Assembly (NCBI RefSeq): GCF_006345805.1
Contig: NW_021832571.1
Location: 1-62,856, forward strand
Reading direction: 5' to 3'
DNA length: 62,856 nucleotides
Source: Octopus sinensis
Lineage: Eukaryota
Part shown: piece by piece, positions 37,883 through 49,500 of the stretch
How the letters are laid out: each line of letters begins with the position of its first letter
How positions within the stretch are numbered: position 1 is the stretch's first letter
Position numbers and translations under genes: made by a program
The notes under the pieces: model-generated
Databases searched by the model: none
What the model was told of the DNA's origin: nothing
Seen by the model: the letters and a program-made list of their open reading frames with translations, nothing else

Positions 37883-39239
37883 CTGCTTTCAGTAAAATGG
37901 TTCAAATACTACAGAATTTATGAGATTGAAATTTGTTTTTTTTTTTTTTTTTTTAATAATAACTGCTGAATGGGAAACAGGAAAAAACTTTTTAATCTAG
38001 AAACTGTTCGACTGATCCTGCTTTTGTACAATATTTCAGTTGTTTAAAATTTGAACTCAGGATGGTGAGGGAAAGCAATGAATCGCACTTATTGAGCTTC
38101 AAATTTCTTTGCAAATATTGTCTGTTGTCTTTCCAGCTTTCCCCATTCTCTCTGTCTCACACAAATACATTAACAAAGTATTAGCTATAACTAAAGACAT
38201 TGTAGCAAGCTAGATAATATTTCTCTTAAACCTCTTTCAATGAATATATTATCTTCTGTGAAAGACACCAAAACTAGAAATGTCTTCCCAGATAACATTC
38301 ACTGTTTCATTGAGAACAGTTTGTAACTCTTTAGCATTCAAATTACTCCATCAAATCTAAGGCTCATTTATCCTCGTTGTTTTGAATTAATCATGCATTA
38401 TCTTGTAATTTCGATATTTCAATAATTTGACTGTATTTTTAGAATGACATTGTAGGGTAAGTGTGAGAGGTCAGATCTGGCTGGTTTGAACATAAACCAG
38501 GTGGAATATTTGGTCCCTGGATATGATCAGATTAAATGCTAAAGGGTTAAATCAGTCATGGGCAACATGTGGTCCACGAGACTTTCTGAATGGCAAACTT
38601 AATGAAAAATTACTTTGAATTTTTTTCGTAGTGTTGCCCACCTAATGATGAACCATGTCTCATGCGGTCCACTTTTCTAAAATGGTTACCCATTGCTTGA
38701 TTTAAGCAATATTTAACCTTTTTGATATCAGCCTACTTAAGACCACCCCTGATTCTGTGATAAAGGCTTCCTGTTTCAAAGCAAAAATTTCATGTTATCT
38801 TCCTAACACAAGATTAATAATGACTAAAGTATTTCACCAAATTCTTCACTGTCTTTAAAATCAACTGAAACAGCATATTTCTACAGAAATATGGCAACAA
38901 AAGGGTCAAAGTGGGATTGCTTACTTTGATATTTTCTCTTTACATTTAAAATATTTCACTGAAATCCTTGTATCTATTCCTTTCCATGCACCACCCAGCA
39001 ATTCTCTTGCCTTAATTATCTGTTACCATTGAGAAAAAGAAGACATTAGAATTGTTTCTGTTGCTTTTAAGGAATTATTTTCTTTATTTCTTGTACCATT
39101 TCTCATCAGTTATTTTTTTTTAATCTTTCGCATCATGATCATCATGTCCTAGTTTTACACATACACACACAAATTTCTGTGCATGTGAGTGTATATATAC
39201 ATACATGTGTGTGTGTGTACACACCATGAGTATTCTGGT

Positions 39240-39530
39240 GTGAAGGTAAGTGGCTTAGTGGTTAGGGGTATTTGACTCACAATCGTGAGGTTGTGAGTTC
39301 GATTCCCAGCAGTATGTTGTCTCCTTGAGCAAGACACTTTATTCCACATTGCTCCAGTCCACTCAGCTGGCAAAAATGAGTTGTACCAGTAATTCAAAGG
39401 ACTGAACTTGTCATATTCTGTCATGCTGAATCTCTCTGAGATCTATGTTAAGGGTACGTGTGTCTGTGGAGTACTCAGTCACTTGCATGTTAATTTCATG
39501 AGTGGGCTGTTCCATTGATCTCCTCAATTG
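39240..39530 (+). mobile_element. tRNA-derived SINE
   Basis: A box TGGCTTAGTGG, B box GAGTTCGATTCC, then CCTTGAGCAAGACACTT core. Confidence 0.78.
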
Positions 39531-39869
39531 GAATCATCATCATCATCATCATAACTGATGGAATGCCAGTTTTTTTTTTGTTTTTTTAAAAATTATTCTG
39601 ATGCTAACTGTTATGTGCCTCTGGTTGACTGGTAAGTCACTGGTGTCCTGTAATTGGGGTTGTGCTGATCTGACCATACCATTGAACAGGTCCTGTCCTA
39701 CTAGCAGTAAAGCATACAGTGGGTGGGGAATACTTAGGGGGTGAATTACCACCCAACTAACCTGAAGCTGAATACTCTTACAAATGTGAATAAATATCAA
39801 ATTTGAATGAGAGCCAAGAGTAAGCAACGGTTCTTTGATGTGATCCTTGGTAAAAGCACAACCGATTCA

Positions 39870-40470
39870 GTTGGTCAACATCCGAGTTTCTCAGAAGACA
39901 TTCACACCTGACCCTTGACCAAAGCAAGATTCTATTTCTTAAGTAGTTGGCTTCTTCAATATATCCATCTTGTCTGCCCACTATTCGTGGAAGTGGAGTC
40001 CTCGGGCTCCCTCTCCACAGGGTCCCTCTTCATAGGGTCCTATCAGAAGCAACTGTCATTACACTCTCCAACTGGATTCCTAAGCACGACCAATTGAGAC
40101 AATGGACATTATCCAGCTGGGTCATTTGGGGTCTATTCTTGGATCTTCTGCCAGTTGACTTGCCTTGAACAATCTGTTTTGTGATTCTTCCACCAGAGCT
40201 GTGACCTCTCAAACGCAGAGAAGTAGCGGCTTGACCTGGAGAGAGACTCCCTGATATCCAAGCTACATTCCTTCTGAATAATGCTACTCCAGATATCCTT
40301 AGGGGGAACCCCCATTTCAGCTGCTTGCATCTGTGATCATCCTCTTTCAGCCATTACCAAGCCTTTGTGTCCATAAGTGAAGACGCGCAAAAACCAAATT
40401 AAAGATTAAGTTTGACTTTTGTTACCAACTTCTCGTCTTTTGAGGATTGAATGCTAAAAAGCTGGAGCAA
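39870..40470 (-). mobile_element. Old, degraded RTE-like LINE fragment
   Basis: Minus frames give QAAEM..., ITKQIVQGKSTGRRSKNRPQMTQLDNV (RTE C-terminal-like); boundaries uncertain. Confidence 0.55.
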
Positions 40471-40734
40471 TTACTGTGAAAGTAACCAAATGTAATCAAG
40501 AATTGTTGGCCTAACTTTGTTTAATCCTCTGTGACCTCATTCAAGCGATCTCATATTAAATAGTGGCAACTCTGTAAGCTTTCATGTGAAGGTGTGAAAT
40601 TTTGTTTTTAAAGCAAGCAGCATCTGAGGACGAGATAGTCAGTGATGTGTGTGTGTGCTCTTGCATGTGTTTGCCATCCAGGCTATCAAATATATCAGTT
40701 ATTATTACAGTTTGTATTATTATTTTTATCATTA

Positions 40735-41105
40735 TTAAGGCTGCAAACTGGTAGAATCATTACTGCACTGGACAAAATGTTTGGTGGTATTTGTTTTGGC
40801 TCTTTATATTCTGAGTTCAAATCCTACAAAGGTCGACTTTGCCTTTCATTCTTTCAGGGTCGATAAATTAAGTACCAGTTACACACTGGGGTCGACGAAA
40901 TCGACTTCCCACCTCCTCAAAATTGCTGGCCTTGTGCTGAAATCAAAAAGGATTACTATTATTAATAAGGTGTTGAGTTGGAAGAATTGTTCGCATGCCA
41001 AATGCTTTGTTAGCATTTTGTTTGTCTTTATATCCTGAGTTCAAATACCGCTGAGGTCATCTTCACCTTTCATCCTTTCGGGGGCCTATAAAATAAGTCC
41101 CAGTC
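40735..41105 (+). mobile_element. Two tandem Meta-domain-like SINEs
   Basis: GGTCGACTTTGCCTTTCATTCTTTCAGGGTCGATAAATTAAGTACCAG at about 40831 and a second core at about 41065. Confidence 0.75.
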
Positions 41106-41819
41106 AATTTTGATGCCAATATTTTAAGTAATTATTCTTATCGCCCGCCCCAACCCCTGCCGGTTCTTTCAGGATCCTCCGAACACAACAATAAAAGAAA
41201 TGTGATAATATACAGTATTTTCTTTGTTATTTAATGAACAGATCTTTTAGTTTGGGATGAGTCCATATGGTAAGATAAAGAAAGAACCTTCCCTGGGGTT
41301 TGTTTTTGATCTTGTCCAGTATAGTGAGGCAGGAAATATTGTGAAAACTGCAGAATGGATCTTGTGCACTATAGTATTTGTCTAGTTCTCATTTGTCATT
41401 TTAGTAAGTTAAGTCCTTTTTAGAGAGTTATTACCCCTTTCAAGATTGCTGAATCTTGGGAGGATCATTATGCCAACAGCACACACATACAGACTCTGTT
41501 TCACTTATTTCTATTTAGCCAAATAACTAATCGTTTGGTCACACAGAAAACCTCTTCGTACAAGCACGGGGGTTTGGACTGTACCTTTTACGATATGTAT
41601 CGCTTCCAGTTGTTTGATTATTAATCTTTTATTTTCCTTTAATATAAGCTAACATCTCAGTTACGATTTACGACGACATCTTTGTTTACATTCTGAGAAT
41701 AACTTTCTTTCGATTTCTGTTTCGCTTTCAATCTACCTTTAAGTTAATCTCTATAAAACTAATATTTAAAAATTCTTTTCATGTTTATTTTCCTGTAATT
41801 AGTTTAGAATTAAATAATT

Positions 41820-42445
41820 CCTTCATTTCCTCACTTTTTTCTACCTCCTCTCTCCTCCCTTACATATATTCCCCCACTTCCAGATCTTTTCTCCCTTCCT
41901 TTATCTCTCTTTACGCTTACCCTTTCCCTCTCTCTTGCATATCTTACTCTTTTTCTCATCTCCCCTCCTCCCTTTGATATCCTCCTCTTCTCTCATTTCT
42001 CTTTCCTTTCCATCTTACATCTACCTCTCCTCTCGTCACCTCACCCTCTCTCTCATATACTTCTCATTCGCCCATTCTTCTCACTCAGTCTCTCCCTCTC
42101 TCTCACATCCTTCATCCTGTCTCTCCTTCACTCTGTTTCTCTTTCTCTTGCTATCCTCTCCCTCCCTCTGTTTTCTGTTTCTCTTCCCCTCCTCTCCTTC
42201 ACTCTACCTCTCTTTCTCTTCCCCTTCACTCTGTCTCTCCTTCTATTCCCCTCCTCTCCCCCTTCCCTACCTTCCTCTATCTCTTTAACACACCACACCC
42301 CTTGCTTTCCTCCTATCACCCTCTCGATTTCTTTCATAGCACCTCTCTCTTTCCTTCCTATCTCCCTCTCTCTTTCCCTATTTCCCCCCTCTGTGTTTCT
42401 CCCTCTATCCCTCATTACCTCTCTAGCCTCTACTCCCCCATCTGG
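41820..42445. repeat. Polypyrimidine (CT-rich) low-complexity tract upstream of LINE ORF1
   Basis: Almost no G on the + strand over ~620 bp. Confidence 0.85.
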
Positions 42446-42459
42446 ACCTCAAAACGAAG

Positions 42460-43365
42460 ATGGCACCAAAGTGGGAAAAGAAAGAGTTAAATCTTCTGCT
42501 GAGGACATGGACGATTGCTTGTGGCGATCCGCCGAGCAACATCATCACTGCCGCGCTAAAAAACAATGGATTTCATAGAACCATTGACCAGATAGAGCGG
42601 AAGAAAAATGAGTTTATCCGGTCTTACATGCTTATAAGACCACACATCAAAACATTGGATAACATAATTGAAAATTATTGTGGCAAAGCTGATGAAGATG
42701 AAGAGGACGAAATAGAGAAGGAAGCCAGAAGTCTCTGTGATCCAGGGGTTCCTCAGAAAAATGGATCACATACCCCGGTGAACGACCAAGTAGTGAAGGA
42801 TAGGGGAGCCAAGGGAGCAGAAACTGGAAGCCCCGCTGTACCAGTGGTCCTACGAACAAATGAAAAATTAGAAAAACAGAAGAAAAAAGGAAGGACCGAA
42901 AACAAAAATAAGGAGGGAAAAGGAGGAAAAGGCAAAACAACAAAAGCTGAAACCCCAACCCACCACACAAACAGCAGAGAACCCCATGGATGATCCAATG
43001 CCACCCAGTACACTTCAGGAAAGAAGAAATCTGGAAGGCACCGAAGAACCTGTAAATTCTACCTGCGGGGCAAATGTTGGCATGGTGAGGACGGGAAAAA
43101 CTGCCGGTTTGCCCACCCGACACCCTGCCAGAACTTCAGGGGACTCAAAGAGAAAAACTTTACCGAGGGAACACAAGAAATGTCTCCCAGGAAAACTTTC
43201 AGAAAAGAAGTGTGCTCTTCAGATGTTCTGCGCAACGCAGCAGCTGAGCAAGAGTCTTTTTTATGCATGGCGGAAAGAATTGTCCGGCAGCTAATCTGGC
43301 TACACCAAGCACAGAGAAGGAACCCTGTCCACCACAGTCAACAGACACGGGATGGCCTCCCCTAA
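42460..43365 (+). pseudogene. LINE ORF1: N-terminal Myb/SANT-like (trihelix-type) domain + CCCH zinc finger; one internal TGA at 42991
   Basis: MAPKWEKKELNLLLRTW...ALKNNGFHRTIDQIERKKNEFIRSY; reading through the TGA in frame gives CKFYLRGKCWHGEDGKNCRFAHPTPC (from 43051) and continues to TAA at 43365. Confidence 0.75.
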
Positions 43366-45452
43366 CGCCTGCACAGCCGTCACCCCAATACTTTTACTAA
43401 ATATTGGGGGCCTGTTATATCAAAATAGAAACAAAATTTCTTTCCTGAGAGATCTTACTGCATGCAATCAAGCCCTATGCATAGCACTTGTGGAAACTCA
43501 CCTCAACCCTGATATAGAGGACGCAGAAGTACACATACCAAACTATGCCATACTGCGAACAGAGGGGTAAGGAGCCATGGTGGAGTTGCTGTATACATCC
43601 GAGATGACCTCACACCCCAGGTCTTAATGACATACTCAAATTCGGTATGTGACACCTTAATTGTATACATAAGACAACATAATATAGTCACATGCAATAT
43701 TTATTGCCCACCGGATGCTCCAAATCACATAGGCAAGTTTGAAGATTGCCTCACAAGAATTAAAGAAATCCTCATTAATCTGGAACACCACGTGACCATA
43801 TTTCTTATGGGTGATTTCAACTTCCCCAACGTCAAATGGCCCGAAGGTTCATACTCTCAGGAATGAATCATTGCAAGCAAGTACAGGTGGAGTCCCTGCT
43901 CAACCTTACCAACGCCTTATTCATGGAGCAAGTTGTACTCAAGCCAACTAGGGCAAATAACATTCTGGATCTCTGCTTCACGAACAATATGGACATCATT
44001 CATGATGTGAAAGTGACACCGACATCAGTTTCGGATCACAACATAATAGAGCTGTCTATGTTTTGGCCGAAAGTGACCAGAGACATACAGCCTTAAGGAA
44101 GCACCCGAAATCTCTCCGATCTGAACTTCCACAAAGCAGATTGGAAATTGATCCAAAAAGAGATCCTCAGAGAGGACTGGCCGGAATGTCTCTCCACACC
44201 AGACATTGACATGAAACTAGAATGTTTCATGTCTTCTGTGCAAGCCCTATGCCAGAAATATGTCCCAGAGCACAAGGCCAAAACAAATAGGAGCAAGATT
44301 CTAAGAGACAGGAAGATCCTCATGAGACGACGGATGAAGGTTGCAAATCGTCTCAACCAACATCCCAAAAGTATCGAAACGTCCCGCCTAAAAACAACAC
44401 TGATGGAGATCGAAAAAAGGCTGCAACAATCCGATGTGAGGGAGAAAGCAGACAAAGAAGCCTGGGTTATAAAAAACATTAAATCAAACCCAAAGGCCTT
44501 CTTTCATTACGCGAAAGAAACAGTCTCAGTGCACTACAAGATAGGACCCCTCCTCCTAAAGGATGGCTCCCTCACAAACAGTCCAACTAAGATCAGTGAG
44601 ATGCTGAATGACCAGTTCAAAAGTGTCTTTACCACCCCCGTTGGAACACAGACAAGTGAACGAACCAGTGGACTTCTTTGCCGCCTCACCTATAACCAGC
44701 GAGGCGGTTACAATAGAATGTATTGACATTAGCGAAGAAGATGTCCTACTAGCCATAGATGAAGTGGACACAAACTCAACTGCTGGTCCAGATGGTTTCC
44801 CAGCAATCCTCCTCAAAGCGTGTAAGCATGCCCTGGCAAAACCCCTCAAGATTCTCTTCCAGAGCTTTCTTATAAATGGCAAACTGCCAAGCAAGCTGAA
44901 TGAGGGAATAATATGCCCAATACATAAAGGGGGAAGTAGAGCAGATGCCAAAAGCTATAGGCCTATCTCTCTGACTTCACACATCAGCAAAGTCATGGAA
45001 AGGATAGTCAGAAAGAAACTAATCGCATTCCTTGAGGAAAATAACTGAGTGATACCCAGCATGGTTTTCGACCAGGTTAGAGCTACCTGACCCAGCTCTT
45101 ACAACATTATGACTGGGTGTTGAGGCAGTTACTCAACAAATCAAATGTGGACATAATCTACCCTGATTTTGCAAAAGCTTTTGACAAGGTGGATATGCCA
45201 CAAACTGCGTGACCTCGGCATAGCTGGAAAACTTGGAGTGTGGTTACATGACTTCCTGAAAGATAGGAGTCAGGCAGTAGTGGTTAATGGAGCCACCTCT
45301 ATGAACACACAAATAGTGAGCGGTGTTCCACAGGGCACTGTCTTGGGACCACTACTTTTTATAGTGGCCCTCTCAGATATGCCCGGATAGCCACTCTGGC
45401 CAGCTATGCAGACGATACGAAAGGCTCGCAGAAAATACAGAACCCCAGCGAT
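43352..45452 (+). pseudogene. LINE ORF2 (APE endonuclease + reverse transcriptase), multiply frameshifted, subfamily A
   Basis: [75 protein letters not shown]. Confidence 0.92.
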
Positions 45453-46173
45453 GTGTTCCGCAGGGCACTGTTTTGGGTCCACTACTGTTCATAATGGCCC
45501 TCTCAGACATGCCCTCAGCCACGCAGAGAGCCACGATCACAAGTTATGCAGATGATACAAAAGTTTCACAGGCAATACAGAACCCTGAGGACACTAAACG
45601 CCTGCAATGTGAGCTGGACAAAATATACAAGTGGGCTGAAAAGAATAGCATGCAGTTCAATGCTGAAAAGTTTCAAGCTTTATACTATCAGCATTCAAAA
45701 CTAAATGCAATACCAAATGAATACACTGGACCCGGAGGAATTGCAATCCCAGAGGCACAATCAGTGCGTGACCTGGGTATTTACATGAGTGATGACGCAA
45801 CCTTTCGTGTACATGTTGCTAAACTGGCAATGAAATGTAGACGACTGGCCGGATGGATTCTCAGAACCTTTAGAACAAGAGAACAAGAAACCATGATGGT
45901 CCTCTGGAGGACACTTGTCCTAAACCACTTTGACTATTGCTCTCAGCTATGGTCACCATCCAGTGTCAAGTTGATCACAGAACTTGAGGCGATCCAACGT
46001 AGCTACACGAAGAAGATAGTCTCTATGCAGAATATAAGCTACTGGGAAAGACTGAAGAGATTAAAACTCTATTCCTTGGAGCGTAGGCGAGAAAGATATG
46101 CCATAATATACATCTGGAAGATCCTGGAGGGACTTGTCCCAAACTTTGGCATCGAGAGTTACACAAATGCCAG
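45453..46173 (+). mobile_element. LINE RT/C-terminal segment, subfamily B, fused to subfamily A
   Basis: Restarts at [12 protein letters not shown] (repeating ~130 nt of homologous sequence), YADDTK, LKLYSLERRRERY; near-identical to the minus copy at about 5290-6010. Confidence 0.9.
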
Positions 46174-46530
46174 GCATAAGAAGCATCAGATGCGGTGTGC
46201 AAGAGCGACGCTTGCGATGGTATGGTCATGTACAACGGATGGATGAGGAGAGATGTGTGAAGAAGTGCCACTCCCGAACAGTTGAAGGAATCAGGGGGAG
46301 AGGTAGACCCAGGAAGACATGGGATGAGCTAGTCAAGCATGACCTCAGAGCGTTGGGCCTCACTGAGGCAATAGCGAAGGACCGAGATCTCTGGAGATGT
46401 GCTGTGACTACTAAGACCCGGGATGCTTCCGGCACCAGTTCCGCATACCCTCTGCCCATTCAGAGTACCTTTGATCCCGGAACATCTCGCTGTGCTTGAG
46501 GAGACCTATTGAGTCAAGTGCATATACATG
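46174..46530 (+). mobile_element. RTE-clade LINE 3' fragment (ORF end + start of 3' UTR)
   Basis: LRWYGHVQRMDEERCVKKC...GRGRPRKTWDELVKHDL...DRDLWR; homologous to about 8590-8825 (-). Confidence 0.88.
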
Positions 46531-49500
46531 AACATCGAACTAAATATCAATGGAAACAGTAGTTGTGATACCTGTGCCAGTGACACATAAAAATCACCAT
46601 CCAAATGTGGCTGTTGCCAGTGAACATTGAACCAAATATCAATGGAAACAGTAGTTGTGATAACTGTACCGGTATCACATAATAATCACCATCCAAACGT
46701 GGCCGTTGCCAGTGAACATTGAACCAAATATCAATGGAAACAGTAGTTGTGATACCTGTGACGGTGACACATAAAAATCACCATCCAAACATGGCCGTTG
46801 CCAGTGAACATTGAGCCAAATATCAATGGAAACAGTAGTTGTGATACCTGTACCGGTGTCACATAAAAATCACCATCCAAACGTGACCGTTGCCAGTGAA
46901 CATTGAACCAAATATCAATGGAAACAGTAGTTGTGATACCTGGACCGGTGACACATAAAAATCACCATCCAAACGTGGCCGTTGCCAGTGAACATTGAAC
47001 CAAATATCAATGGAAACAGTAGTTGTGATACCTATACCGGTGTCACATAAAAAATCACCATACAAACGTGGCCGTTGCCAGTGAACATTGAACCAAATAT
47101 CAATGGAAACAGTAGTTGTGATACCTGTAGCGGTGACACATAAAAATCACCAACCAAATGTGGCTGTTGCCAGTGAACATTGAACCAATTATCAATGGAA
47201 ACAGTAGTTGTGATACCTGTACCGGTCACACATAAAAATCACCATCCAGACGTGGCCGTTGCCAGTGATCATTGAACCAAATATCAATGGAAACAGTAGT
47301 TGTGATACCTGTACCGGTGTCACACAAAAATCACCATCCAAACGTGGCCATTGCCAGTGAACATTGAACCAAATATCAATGGAAACAGTAGTTGTGATAC
47401 CTGTACCGGTGTCACATAAAAATCACCATCCAAACGTTGCCGTTGCCAGTGCACATTGAGCCAAATATCAATGGAAACAGTAGTTGTGATACCTGTACCG
47501 GTGTCACATAAAAATCACCATCCAAACGTGGCCGTTGCCAGTGAACATTGAACCAAATATCAATGGAAACAGTAGTTGTGATACCTGAACCGGTGACACA
47601 TAAAAATCACCATCCAAACGTGGGCGTTGCCAGTGAACATTGAGCCAAATATCAATGGAAACTAGTTGTGATACCTGTGCCGGTGACACATAAAAATCAC
47701 CATCCAAACGTGGCCGCTGCCAGTGAACATTGAACCAAATATCAATGGAAACAGTAGTTGTGATACCTGTACCGGTGTCACATAAAAATCACCATCCAAA
47801 CGTGGCCGTTGCCAGTGAACATTGAGCCAAATATCAATGGAAACAGTAGTTGTGATACCTGCACCGGTGTCACATAAAAATCACCATCCAAACATGGCCG
47901 TTGCCAGTGAACATTGAACCAAATATCAATGGAAACTAGTTGTGATACCTGTACCGTGTCACATAAAAATCACCGTCCAAATGTGGCTGTTGCCAGTGAC
48001 CATTGAACCAAATATCAATGGAAACAGTAGTTGTGATACCTGTACCGGTGTCACATAAAAAATCACATCCAAACAGGCGTTGCCAGTGAACATTGAACCA
48101 AATATCAATGGAAACAGTAGTTGTGATACCTGTACCGGTGTCACATAAAAATCACCATCCAAATGTGGCTGTTGCCAGTGAACATTGAACCAAATATCAA
48201 TGGAAACAGTAGTTGTGATACCTGTACCGGTGTCACATAAAAATCACCATCCAAATGTGGCTGTTGCCAGTGAACATTGAACCAAATATCAATGGAAACA
48301 GTAGTTGTGATACCTGTACCGGTGTCACATAAAAATCACCATCCAAACATGGCCGTTGCCAGTGAACATTGAACCAAATATCAATGGAAACAGTAGTTGT
48401 GATACCTGTACCGGTGTCACATAAAAATCACCATCCCAACGTTGCCGTTGCCAGTAAACATTGAGCCAAATATCAATGGAAACAGTAGTTGTGATACCTG
48501 TACCGGTGTCACATAAAAATCACCATCCAAACGTGGCCGTTGCCAGTGAACATTGAACCAAATATCAATGGAAACAGTAGTTGTGATACCTGTACCGGTG
48601 TCACATAAAAATCACCGTCCAAATGTGGCTGTTGCCAGTGAACATTGAACCAAATATCAATGGAAACAGTAGTTCTGATACTTGTACCGGTGTCACATAA
48701 AAATCACCATCCAAACATGGCCGTTGCCAGTGAACATTGAAGCAAATATCAATGGAAACAGTAGTTGTGATACCTGTACCGGTTGTCACATAAAAATCAC
48801 CATCCAAACGTGGCGTGTTGCCAGTGAACATGAAGCCAAATATCAATGGAAACAGTAGTTGTGATACCGTACCGGTGACACACATAAAAATCACCATCCA
48901 AACATGGCCGTTGCCAGTGAACATTGAACCAAATATCAATGGAAACAGTAGTTGTGATACCTGTACCGGTGTCACATAAAAATCACCATCCAAATGTGGC
49001 TGTTGCCAGTGAACATTGAACCAAATATCAATGGAAACAGTAGTTGTGATACCTGTACCGGTGTCACATAAAAATCACCATCCAAATGTGGCTGTTGCCA
49101 GTGAACATTGAACCAAATATCAATGGAAACAGTAGTTGTGATACCTATACCGGTGTCACATAAAAATCACCATCCAAACGTGGCCGTTGCCAGTGAACAT
49201 TGAACCAAATATCAATGGAAACAGTAGTTGTGATACCTGTACCGGTGTCACATAACAATCACCATCCAAATGTGGCTGTTGCCCGTGAACATTGAACCAA
49301 ATATCAATGGAAACAGTAGTTGTGATACCTGTACCGGTGACACATAAAAATCACCATCCAAATGTGGCTGTTGCCAGTGAACATTGAAACAAATATCAAT
49401 GGAAACAGTAGTTGTGATACCTGTACCGGTGTCACATAAAACTCACCATCCAAACGTGGCCGTTGCCAGTGGACATTGAACCAAATATCAATGGAAAAAG

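Noticed and set aside
42991-42993. Selenocysteine or programmed read-through at the ORF1 TGA
   Set aside because: The element has many other disabling mutations; CGA to TGA decay in a low-complexity linker is simpler.
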